Source: Flavicella sediminum (GTDB taxonomy: Bacteria > Bacteroidota > Bacteroidia > Flavobacteriales > Flavobacteriaceae). Taken from it: a stretch of DNA of 64,000 bases. The stretch covers positions 965,578-1,029,577 of the forward strand of contig NZ_VDET01000002.1 in the NCBI RefSeq assembly GCF_006381105.1, in the 5' to 3' direction. A program made the position numbers and the translations under genes. The first letter of the stretch is position 1. Each line of letters opens with the position of its first letter. Below the pieces are notes generated by a model. It was not told the origin of the DNA and searched no databases. It saw only the letters and a list, made by a program, of their open reading frames with translations. Positions 40,808-49,250 of the stretch are shown piece after piece.

Positions 40808-42351
40808 AACAAAATTCTTTTGTATTAAAAGCCGCTATTTTTGCAACAGGTTTTGCAGGAATAGTAGCTGAATATACTCTTTCTACACTGGCCACCTATT
40901 TTATTGGAAATTCAATTTTTCAATGGACCATGATTGTCTCCTTGATGCTATTTTGCATGGGACTGGGAAGTAGATTGAGTAAATTAATTACAAAAAATTT
41001 AATTCAGAATTTTTTAATTCTAGAAACCACACTTTCGCTAATTGTTGCTTTTTCTTCGGTTTTGGTGTACACCCTTGCTTCGGTTAGTGAATACTACGGA
41101 ATTGTAATTTATTCCTTGAGTATGATTATCGGATTGCTGATTGGTTTAGAAATTCCATTGGTGGTTAGAATTAATAAAGAATACGAAGACTTAAAAAGCA
41201 ACATCTCTTCCATTTTAGAAAAAGACTATTATGGAAGTTTAATTGGCGGTGTATTTTTTGCCTTTATCGGCTTACCAATATTGGGCTTATCGTATACGCC
41301 TTTTGTCCTTGGAATTATTAATTTCTTAGTCGCACTCATTGTATTTTATCGTTTTAAAGACAAAATCAACAAGCAGCATACCTTTCGATTAAAAGCTGTT
41401 TTAACGGTGGTTTTTGCTATTTTAATTACAGGGATTGCCTTTACTGAACCTATTATTCAGTGGGGAGAACAGAAAAAATTCAAAGACAAAGTCATTTATT
41501 CTGCACAAACCAAATACCAAAATATTGTTTTAACCGAATGGAAAAAGGAACACTGGTTGTACTTAAATGGAAATTTACAATTCTGCTCCATTGATGAAAA
41601 AATGTATCACGAACCTTTGGTACACCCCATCATGCAATTGCACCCAAATCCGCAACGAATTTTAATTTTAGGTGGTGGCGATGGTTGTGCGGTTCGTGAG
41701 ATACTAAAATACCCAAGTGTTGAAAAAATTGACATGGTTGATTTAGATCCAAAAATGACAGATTTAGGAACACAGCACCCTGTTCTTATAAACATCAACC
41801 AAGGCAGCATGAACAGTGAAAAATTGAGTGTAATTAACAAGGATGCCTACATTCATTTGGAACAAAACACAAGTGACTTTTACGACATTATTATTGCCGA
41901 TTTACCTGACCCAAGAAACATTGAGCTTGGAAGGTTGTATTCTCATGAATTTTATTCGCTTTGCAATAGAAAACTAAGACCCAACGGCTTTATCATTACC
42001 CAAGCCGGAAGTCCGTATTTTGCTACAAAAGCTTATCACTGTATTGGAAAAACAATGCAATCAGCTGGTTTTACAACCGTAAACTTACACAATCAAGTAT
42101 TGTCTATGGGCGAGTGGGGTTGGATATTAGGAACAAAGAACACAGCGACAAACGCAAAGCAACTCAAGGAAAAATTACAAAGTATTGATTTCAAAAATGT
42201 AGAAACAAATTGGATCAACAACGAAGCTATGCAACTAATTACTTCTTTTGGAAAAGATTTTTTTAAACTAAATGATACTAGTGAAATTAATAAAGTCCAC
42301 AACCCTGTACTTTATCAATATTATTTAGATGGAAACTGGGATTTATATTAA
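40795..42351 (+). CDS. speE: Membrane-anchored polyamine aminopropyltransferase (spermidine/spermine synthase with an N-terminal ~7-TM domain)
   Basis: 518 aa. Residues 1-215 are polytopic. The C-terminal domain has ILILGGGDGCAVREILKY...VDLDPKMTDL...IIIADLPDP...FYS, the spermidine-synthase GGGDGG and D-L-D/ADLPDP signature. Confidence 0.8.
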   Translation: MEYLKQNSFVLKAAIFATGFAGIVAEYTLSTLATYFIGNSIFQWTMIVSLMLFCMGLGSRLSKLITKNLIQNFLILETTLSLIVAFSSVLVYTLASVSEYYGIVIYSLSMIIGLLIGLEIPLVVRINKEYEDLKSNISSILEKDYYGSLIGGVFFAFIGLPILGLSYTPFVLGIINFLVALIVFYRFKDKINKQHTFRLKAVLTVVFAILITGIAFTEPIIQWGEQKKFKDKVIYSAQTKYQNIVLTEWKKEHWLYLNGNLQFCSIDEKMYHEPLVHPIMQLHPNPQRILILGGGDGCAVREILKYPSVEKIDMVDLDPKMTDLGTQHPVLININQGSMNSEKLSVINKDAYIHLEQNTSDFYDIIIADLPDPRNIELGRLYSHEFYSLCNRKLRPNGFIITQAGSPYFATKAYHCIGKTMQSAGFTTVNLHNQVLSMGEWGWILGTKNTATNAKQLKEKLQSIDFKNVETNWINNEAMQLITSFGKDFFKLNDTSEINKVHNPVLYQYYLDGNWDLY

Positions 42352-42353
42352 GT

Positions 42354-42662
42354 ATGAAGACAACCTACAAACATATTGAAGCAAATATTTACAGTCATAA
42401 AATTTGGTCTGCTTGCACCGAGCCTTCAGCACTTAAAGAAACTTATGGCGGTTTATTAAAGGAAGTCGATTTTACGATTATTCTCTTTAATGAACATCAT
42501 TTTCCAGAACAAGGCTACACCTGTTTTTGGTTATTAGGTGAAAGTCATTTGGCCATACATACCTTTCCAGAAAGTGGCAAAAGTTATATTGAATTGAGCA
42601 GTTGCAATAAAGAAAAATTAGACTTATTCGTTGACAAGGAAAAAAGTATAAACCTGAAATAA
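42354..42662 (+). CDS. Small pyruvoyl-dependent S-adenosylmethionine decarboxylase proenzyme (SpeH/class-1-like)
   Basis: 102 aa. LLGESHLAIHTFPESG matches the AdoMetDC self-cleavage (E-S) and catalytic-site signature. Starts 2 bp after the speE stop. Confidence 0.65.
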   Translation: MKTTYKHIEANIYSHKIWSACTEPSALKETYGGLLKEVDFTIILFNEHHFPEQGYTCFWLLGESHLAIHTFPESGKSYIELSSCNKEKLDLFVDKEKSINLK

Positions 42663-42663
42663 A

Positions 42664-43440
42664 ATGAAAAAAAAAGTTAGAGATTTTATCAACCACAACA
42701 AAACCTTTATCAAATTCATTTATGCGCTAATTGTCTTAAATATCATTGCCTTAATTCTAGAGTCTTATGAGGAATTAAATGCCCAATACAGCCATATTTT
42801 TTATTATTTCGAACTGTTTTCAGTTGCTATTTTTACCGTGGAATACTTTATCCGAATTTGGGTTTCTGACAAAACAAAAGAAGACAAAAAAGAACGACTC
42901 AACTTTGCTTTCTCTACCTTAGGAATCATCGATTTGATTGCCATACTTCCCTTTTACCTTCCCTTTATTTTTCCTATCGATTTAAGAATTGTTCGTATAC
43001 TTCGCTTGTTTCGTTTGTTAAGAATTTTTAAACTAAGTCGCTATTCAAAATCACTAAAAACCATCCAGTATATTTTTAAAGAAGTAAAAGGAGAACTTTC
43101 CATCACCGTATTTGTCACTTTTGTTTTGATGATTTTATCTTCAACACTTATGTACTATATAGAACATGACGACCAACCAGAGCAATTTGCAAGTATTGGC
43201 GATGCTTTTTGGTGGTCTGTAGCAACACTAACAACCGTTGGCTATGGAGATGTTTACCCTGTAACCGGCCTAGGAAAATTATTAAGTGGAATTATTGCCT
43301 TGATCGGAATTGGTTTTGTAGCACTACCTACAGGAATTATCAGTTCTGCCTTTATTGCAAAAATACAAGCAGAAAAAAAACAGAAAAAGAAGAAAACCAT
43401 GTGTAACTGTCCACATTGTGGGAAAAATTTCGACTTATGA
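42664..43440 (+). CDS. Voltage-gated K+ channel (6-TM Kv-like) with a C-terminal CxCxxC zinc-ribbon-like tail
   Basis: 258 aa. S4 voltage sensor RIVRILRLFRLLRIFKLSRYSK. Selectivity filter TTVGYGDVYP. C-terminal ...KKKKTMCNCPHCGKNFDL. Starts 1 bp after the AdoMetDC stop. Confidence 0.8.
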   Translation: MKKKVRDFINHNKTFIKFIYALIVLNIIALILESYEELNAQYSHIFYYFELFSVAIFTVEYFIRIWVSDKTKEDKKERLNFAFSTLGIIDLIAILPFYLPFIFPIDLRIVRILRLFRLLRIFKLSRYSKSLKTIQYIFKEVKGELSITVFVTFVLMILSSTLMYYIEHDDQPEQFASIGDAFWWSVATLTTVGYGDVYPVTGLGKLLSGIIALIGIGFVALPTGIISSAFIAKIQAEKKQKKKKTMCNCPHCGKNFDL

Positions 43441-43976
43441 TTCCTAACAAATACATCATACAGTTTGTCATCTTATTATATGTTATCTATATAGTGAGCC
43501 TTGTTTTTCCCATAACAAAATTTGGAATTGTTCCAAGAACAACACAAGGACTTGCAGGAATTTTTACGGCTCCATTTTTACATGGCGGAATTTGGCACCT
43601 TGTTTCCAATACCATTCCTTTGCTTGTGTTACTTACTGTATTAAATCATTTTTATCCTAAAAAAACCATAGCGGTTGTGCTATTTATTATTGTTGCTAGC
43701 GGAATACTGGTATGGATTTTTGCAAGAAAAGCAAACCACATAGGGGCTAGCGGACTTATATACGGACTTGCCACATTTTTAATTTTAAATGGATTTTTGG
43801 AACAGAAATTTGTTTCCATACTTGTTTCATTAGCCGTAGCCTTACTCTATGGTGGATTGATCTGGGGAATTTTTCCTTCAGTCAGATCCTATATATCTTG
43901 GGAAGGACATTTATTTGGAGCCGCATCAGGTGTGTTTATTGCCTTTTTATTAAAAAACAAAGCTTTGTACACCTAA
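43437..43976 (+). CDS. Rhomboid-family intramembrane serine protease
   Basis: 179 aa from the ATG at 43437 (ATGA overlap with the K+ channel stop; the track start at 43416 is a TTG). TM2 HxxxN (WHLVSN). Catalytic GASGLIYG. TM6 His in EGHLFGAASG. Confidence 0.75.
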   Translation: MIPNKYIIQFVILLYVIYIVSLVFPITKFGIVPRTTQGLAGIFTAPFLHGGIWHLVSNTIPLLVLLTVLNHFYPKKTIAVVLFIIVASGILVWIFARKANHIGASGLIYGLATFLILNGFLEQKFVSILVSLAVALLYGGLIWGIFPSVRSYISWEGHLFGAASGVFIAFLLKNKALYT

Positions 43977-44000
43977 CTTTTAAGGAGTTGGCGAAGCATA

Positions 44001-44036
44001 AAAAAAGGCTGTAAAATAATTTTACAGCCTTTTTTA
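44001..44036. terminator. Bidirectional intrinsic terminator closing the + strand block and the convergent minus-strand gene
   Basis: A6-GGCTGTAAAAT-aa-ATTTTACAGCC-T6. Confidence 0.6.
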
Positions 44037-44051
44037 CTTTTAATCTTGCTA

Positions 44052-44525
44052 TTAAAAACTCATAGACAATCCAAAACCTTTTTCGTTCGCAACCAAATTA
44101 AATTTGGGTTGAAAATTAATTGAGGAAGTGGCCTCCAATGAATTGTTGTACATAGAAATAGCTTCATTCGTTTTTTTCACGACTTTAGAATTGATTGGCA
44201 AAGCAATAGCTATTAATCCCGCACCAATACCCGCCATGGTCCAATTGGCATCGCCACCAGCAATGGCACCTCCAATAGGATACCCCACTAAAAAGCCTCC
44301 AGCTCCACCTAAAATATTAGACCAAATACTTTTCGATTTCGCCTTCTTTACCAACTCAAAAGCCTGAGCATTCGATTCCATTGCCGTAACCAAATTTTTC
44401 ATACTAAGATTGCTTCCATTTTGGCTGTATTTATAACCACCAAATACTTTTGTCATTTCAATTTTTTGGGCATTGCAAAAACTAAATGACAATACAAATA
44501 CAAAGACTGCTACTATATTTTTCAT
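44052..44525 (-). CDS. Secreted or membrane glycine-zipper protein of unknown function
   Basis: 157 aa, signal peptide, GGAGGFLVGYPIGGAIAGG...AGIGAGLIAIALP. Confidence 0.4.
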   Translation of the reverse strand: MKNIVAVFVFVLSFSFCNAQKIEMTKVFGGYKYSQNGSNLSMKNLVTAMESNAQAFELVKKAKSKSIWSNILGGAGGFLVGYPIGGAIAGGDANWTMAGIGAGLIAIALPINSKVVKKTNEAISMYNNSLEATSSINFQPKFNLVANEKGFGLSMSF

Positions 44526-44581
44526 AAACTATTTTTTAGCTGTGCAAAATAATAATTTTCCACTAAAAAAGAATTCTTTCT

Positions 44582-45025
44582 TTATAATTTACGCCAGTTT
44601 TCATCTGCCTTCTTTTTCAAAACCTCTGCCCCTTCCTCATTCCATAGCTTTAAGGTATTTATTCCCCATGAATTGTAAAACAAATACAATTTACCATCTC
44701 TAATTTCAAAAGTTTTAGGATTTATATCTACTTTTTCATTTTTCGCCCCTATTGCATAGCCACACCAACCACCATACTGAGGTTGGTATTTTTTAGGATT
44801 GGCTTTAAATTTCTTTAAATTTTCAGCCGAAGAAAACTTGTATTTTACACCTTCAATTTCCGTTACAAAAGCTTTTTCACCTTCGGTAGCCTTGTCCTCA
44901 AAATAAGCCACCACATCATAGCCATCTGCAGCAAAACCTTTTTTATTTGTGTTCGTAGTTTGTTGTGCAAAAAGGGATGACGCCCCCAATACAACTAACA
45001 AAATAAATATTCTTTTTTTCCACAT
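44582..45025 (-). CDS. YHS-domain (TRASH-like metal-binding) secreted protein
   Basis: 147 aa, signal peptide, YDVVAYF...YQPQYGGWCGYAIG, the YHS-domain pattern. Confidence 0.5.
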   Translation of the reverse strand: MWKKRIFILLVVLGASSLFAQQTTNTNKKGFAADGYDVVAYFEDKATEGEKAFVTEIEGVKYKFSSAENLKKFKANPKKYQPQYGGWCGYAIGAKNEKVDINPKTFEIRDGKLYLFYNSWGINTLKLWNEEGAEVLKKKADENWRKL

Positions 45026-45111
45026 ATCAATATACCATTTAGGCTTGCATAGTCGAAAAAAAAGAGTTCAAATTACAAAAGTAAGAGAACAACACTAAAA
45101 AATTAATTACT

Positions 45112-46107
45112 TTAAGATATCAAAAGATTGCATCCTCTAATATCAGAATTGTCAAAACGTCCTAAAATTTCAAAGCTTTTATCTGCATGAATTTTCCCTA
45201 AATCTTGGGTCGCAATAAAAGCACACGAATTTTGATTTGCCAAATCGATAACATTGATTCCTCCTGTTTTTCCAGTTGGTAAAAGACTTAAAGGATCTTC
45301 AGTGTCTCTAATTAAGATTTTCATCCAAGGGGGTGTTTCAAAAATTCCGTGCCCTTTGGAATAGGCCTGACTCAACAATTCTGTCATTCCATATTCTGAA
45401 TGAATTTCAGTCAAACCAAAACCTGCTTTTAATTCCGCATGCAATTCCTCACGAATCATTTCTTTACGCTTTCCTTTCATACCACCTGTTTCCATAACAA
45501 GCGTATTTTTTAATGAAAACTGGTGTTTTTCAATTAAGTCTAACAAAGCAAAAGAAACGCCTATCAATAAAACTTTCTCTCCACGCGCATCCAATTCCTC
45601 CAAAGTTGCAATCAGTTCGTCTAAATTATGCAGGTAAAAACCACTTTCCTTTTTCTTCGATTTTTGAATCAAATCATCCACCATATAAATTAGTGAAGAT
45701 CCTTCACGTTCTAAATACGAAGGCAAGAGTGCCAAAACCACATATTCTTCAATATTTCCGTAAAAATGCGAAAAGCCTAGTCGGTAACTTTCTTCGTACA
45801 AAGACAAATCTGTGACATGATGTTTGCTTTGCTGCATGCCTGTAGTACCACTACTTAAAAACGTTTGCACAATCTTATTTTTATCAGAAAGTATGGTATG
45901 ACTTTTAAAAAACTGTATTGGCAAAAAAGGAATATCAGCCAAACAACGCACCTCAGCAATAGAAATATTTAGGTGTGCTAAATATTCGCTATAAACAGGA
46001 TTGTTTACTGCTTGAAATTGAAAAGTAGCCAAAGCCAAATCTTCAAATTCTTGTTCCGTTTTTAATGCAAATAGTTGTGCGTTCATTTTTAAAAGTAAGC
46101 AACACAA
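45112..46107 (-). CDS. LuxE-like acyl-protein synthetase / acyl-CoA reductase-associated adenylating enzyme family
   Basis: 331 aa. SSGTTG adenylation motif near residue 85. LuxE-like overall layout. Assignment tentative. Confidence 0.45.
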   Translation of the reverse strand: MCCLLLKMNAQLFALKTEQEFEDLALATFQFQAVNNPVYSEYLAHLNISIAEVRCLADIPFLPIQFFKSHTILSDKNKIVQTFLSSGTTGMQQSKHHVTDLSLYEESYRLGFSHFYGNIEEYVVLALLPSYLEREGSSLIYMVDDLIQKSKKKESGFYLHNLDELIATLEELDARGEKVLLIGVSFALLDLIEKHQFSLKNTLVMETGGMKGKRKEMIREELHAELKAGFGLTEIHSEYGMTELLSQAYSKGHGIFETPPWMKILIRDTEDPLSLLPTGKTGGINVIDLANQNSCAFIATQDLGKIHADKSFEILGRFDNSDIRGCNLLIS

Positions 46108-46223
46108 AAATACTTCAAATTTATAGAACGCTCGAAAAGAAATACCGCAAAAAAAATAAACTTACCACGCAACCAATTCTACTTTTCTGTGTCTTACTAG
46201 TAAGAATCAAAAAATTTATACTC

Positions 46224-46649
46224 ATGAAACGAATTTTATACTTTGCCTTATTCACCCTGTTATTCACTTCTTGTCAAAACGACAATGACGATTATCCGGA
46301 TTTTCATTTTGCAGTTTTACCCATTGAAGAGGCCACAATTCCTAGCTCTTTTGAATTGGGGGAAACTTATGAAATTACCTTAAAATATTCTTTACCAAAC
46401 AGCTGTCATAGTTTTTATAGCTTGTATTACAAATACGATGAAGCCAATAGAATTGTGGCCATAAATTCATTTGTCGACGATGAATCGGAATGTACAGAAG
46501 CCTTAATTTCTAAAGAATACAGTTTTGACGTAAAAGTAACTCAAGAAGAAGATTATGTATTTAAACTTTGGAAAGGCGTAGATGACGATGATGAAGATAT
46601 TTTTGAAGAAATAACTGTTCCGGTAACAGACCCAAATGACCCTCAATAA
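46224..46649 (+). CDS. Small acidic lipoprotein (1 of 3 upstream of the serpin)
   Basis: ATG at 46224, MKRILYFALFTLLFTSCQND. Two further Cys. Acidic tail DDDDEDIFEE. Stop overlaps the next start (TAATG). Confidence 0.5.
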   Translation: MKRILYFALFTLLFTSCQNDNDDYPDFHFAVLPIEEATIPSSFELGETYEITLKYSLPNSCHSFYSLYYKYDEANRIVAINSFVDDESECTEALISKEYSFDVKVTQEEDYVFKLWKGVDDDDEDIFEEITVPVTDPNDPQ

Positions 46650-47053
46650 TGAAAAAAGCTGCTGTTTTTATTTTTTCCTTACTGCTTTTTATTAGTTGTA
46701 CTGAAAATGAAATTTTCCAATTGGACAAAGAATTTTCGCTTCAACTAAAAGAAAGTGCCCTAATTTCTACAAACACAAACAATAGTGAAAATTTAAAAAT
46801 AGAGTTTCACGAATTGCTAGAGTATTCTGTTTGCCCAGAAAACGTGAATTGTATTTGGGCAGGTAGAGCCATAGTAAACTTAAAAATAAACGACAGCGAA
46901 ATCCTTCAATTGGCATTACTTGATAACGATATTCCTTCTAAAAAAATGCAAGACGGCTATGAAATCACTTTGGTAGATGTAACTTTCATCAAAACAAATT
47001 CTACTGAAAACAGCTATTCCGTTCACCTCATCATAAAAAAAACGACTCCATGA
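46649..47053 (+). CDS. Small lipoprotein (2 of 3)
   Basis: 134 aa, lipobox LLFISCTEN. Cys pair CPENVNC. Block similarity to the preceding gene (YEITL...). Overlaps the next gene by 4 bp. Confidence 0.5.
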   Translation: MKKAAVFIFSLLLFISCTENEIFQLDKEFSLQLKESALISTNTNNSENLKIEFHELLEYSVCPENVNCIWAGRAIVNLKINDSEILQLALLDNDIPSKKMQDGYEITLVDVTFIKTNSTENSYSVHLIIKKTTP

Positions 47054-47454
47054 AAAAATTACTCATTCTTTTCAGCTTTCTAAGTGTTTTAACCAGTGCT
47101 TGCAACGAACAAGAAACTTTGGAGATAGACTCGGATAATTTACTGATAGGTTCTTGGTCGCATCCTCAGTATACCGACAATCAAGTTCGCTATACGCGAG
47201 TTGCGAACACCGTGCAAAATGAATACACCTGTACTTTTAAAAATGATGGTACCTTAGTTGAAAATAAAAATGCAGGTTGGTGCGGCACCCCTCCCATTAC
47301 TTACGATGAATTTACAGGAAAATGGAATTTAGAAAACGAAGAGACTGTCAATTTAGAATCGACCTACTGGGGAGGTTCTCATACAGTCAAATGGGAAATT
47401 ATTTCTCTTACAGATGACAGCTTGATTGTTGAAATAAACTATCCAAACTTATAA
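47050..47454 (+). CDS. Lipocalin-like lipoprotein (3 of 3)
   Basis: 134 aa, lipobox LTSACNEQ, then GSWSHP..., a beta-rich body and a Cys pair. Confidence 0.45.
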   Translation: MKKLLILFSFLSVLTSACNEQETLEIDSDNLLIGSWSHPQYTDNQVRYTRVANTVQNEYTCTFKNDGTLVENKNAGWCGTPPITYDEFTGKWNLENEETVNLESTYWGGSHTVKWEIISLTDDSLIVEINYPNL

Positions 47455-47456
47455 GC

Positions 47457-48671
47457 ATGAAAAAAATACTTTTACACACTATAGCCCTTGTGCTTCTAAT
47501 AGCAATAACAGCCTGTACTAGTTCAAACGGACTGACCTCCAACCCCGTTATTTTTAAAAAGACGGCTAAAAAAACACAGCTCATCGAATCAAATAATGAG
47601 TTTGCTTTTTCTTTCTTTAAAGAAGTGGCTATTGCCGATGAAGAAAACTATATGGTGTCACCCGTTAGTTTATCTCTAGCTTTAGGAATGCTGTACAACG
47701 GCGCCGAAACAAGTACAAAAAGCATTATGGGAAATGTTTTAGGCTACCAGGACTTTACTTCAGATGAATTGAGTTTGGTCAATCAAGAAATTATGCAAAC
47801 CTTAGAAGGTGATGTTTTGCAAATTGCCAATTCTAACTGGATCAAAGAAGGTTTTCCTATAAAAGAAACCTTTACAAATTTGAATCAAACCTATTACGAT
47901 GCGGAAATTAGAACTGAGAATTTTAGCGACCCAAATACGGTAGCCCTCATCAATAATTGGGTAGCCAACAAAACCAATAACAAAATAACGGAAATTATAA
48001 AAACCATTTCGCCGGAAGCCGTACTGTATTTAATCAACGCTATTTATTTCAATGCCAATTGGGAATACGAATTCAAAACAGAAAACACAATACAAGCTCC
48101 TTTTTATACTGATGCGAACAACAGTAGCCAAGTGGCTATGATGCAACTGCAATCAGATAAGTTGGCTTTTTATAAAAACGAATTGTTTTCATCACTGATA
48201 CTTCCTTATAAAAATAACAAATACAGCATGACCTTGCTCCTTCCTAACGAAGGAAAAAACATAGCCGATCTTGTTGAAAATATAGATGGAACTATATGGA
48301 ATACCTGGCAAAGCAAGTACCAAATCCAAAAAACAAGTCTGAGTTTACCCAAATTTAAATTTGAATATCAAAACACCTTAAATGACGAGTTGGCAAAATT
48401 AGGTTTGGAAACACTTTTTGGCAATCCTGATCTTTCTGGAATTGCCGAGGCTCGATTGAAAGTTTCTAAAGTTCTTCAAAAAACATTTATTGACGTAAAC
48501 GAAAAAGGTACAGAAGCAGCCGCCGTAACTGTTATTGGAATAGAAACAACCTCTGCCAGTCCACGACCACATGTAAACTGTAACAAACCTTTTTTATTTG
48601 CTATTACAGAAAGGGAAACCGGCGCTATTTGTTTTATTGGAAAAGTAGGGAAACCTGAATATTCGAAATAG
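47457..48671 (+). CDS. Serpin (serine protease inhibitor) lipoprotein
   Basis: 404 aa. Lipobox IAITACTSS. Serpin core (MVSPVSLSLALGMLYNGA, NAIYFNANWEYEF). Hinge GTEAAAVT, reactive-centre loop ...IGIETTSASPRPHV, then NKPFLFAI. Confidence 0.85.
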   Translation: MKKILLHTIALVLLIAITACTSSNGLTSNPVIFKKTAKKTQLIESNNEFAFSFFKEVAIADEENYMVSPVSLSLALGMLYNGAETSTKSIMGNVLGYQDFTSDELSLVNQEIMQTLEGDVLQIANSNWIKEGFPIKETFTNLNQTYYDAEIRTENFSDPNTVALINNWVANKTNNKITEIIKTISPEAVLYLINAIYFNANWEYEFKTENTIQAPFYTDANNSSQVAMMQLQSDKLAFYKNELFSSLILPYKNNKYSMTLLLPNEGKNIADLVENIDGTIWNTWQSKYQIQKTSLSLPKFKFEYQNTLNDELAKLGLETLFGNPDLSGIAEARLKVSKVLQKTFIDVNEKGTEAAAVTVIGIETTSASPRPHVNCNKPFLFAITERETGAICFIGKVGKPEYSK

Positions 48672-48708
48672 GTTTAGTAAGTTTGTTATAAGCCGTTCTA
48701 CCAGATAA

Positions 48709-49248
48709 ATGAATACACAAAAGCTCATAGAAGACTGTCAGAAAAACAAACCCAAAGCGCAAGCTATGGTGTATGAGTTGTTTGCTAGTAAATTGTTTGC
48801 TGTTTCTTTTAAATACTCTAGAAACCGACAAGAAGCTGAGGACAATTTACATGACGGATTTATGACCATCTTCAATAAAATTGATCAGTTTAAAGGAACT
48901 GGATCTTTTGAAGGTTGGATGAAACGAATCATTATAAACACCGCTTTGCTTACTTATAGAAAGGACAAAGTTTTTCATTTGGTAAATGACGAAATACCAG
49001 AAGAAGTAAGCGTAGAAATAGAAGAAGAAAATATAAGTATTGATGATTTATTAAACTTGATACAAGAATTACCTAACCGCTATAGACTGGTATTTAATCT
49101 ATATGTATTGGATGGTTATTCTCATAAAGAAATCGCAGAAATGTTAGCCATCTCTGAAGGAACCTCAAAATCGAACTTGTCAAGAGCAAGACAAATTTTG
49201 AAACAAAAATTAGAAGAATCAGAACAAAAAATCCAAAATAATTTTTAG
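48709..49248 (+). CDS. ECF-type RNA polymerase sigma-70 factor
   Basis: 179 aa. Region 2 (FKYSRNRQEAEDNLHDGFMTIF) and region 4 (YVLDGYSHKEIAEMLAISEGTSKSNLSRAR). Confidence 0.85.
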   Translation: MNTQKLIEDCQKNKPKAQAMVYELFASKLFAVSFKYSRNRQEAEDNLHDGFMTIFNKIDQFKGTGSFEGWMKRIIINTALLTYRKDKVFHLVNDEIPEEVSVEIEEENISIDDLLNLIQELPNRYRLVFNLYVLDGYSHKEIAEMLAISEGTSKSNLSRARQILKQKLEESEQKIQNNF

Positions 49249-49250
49249 AG

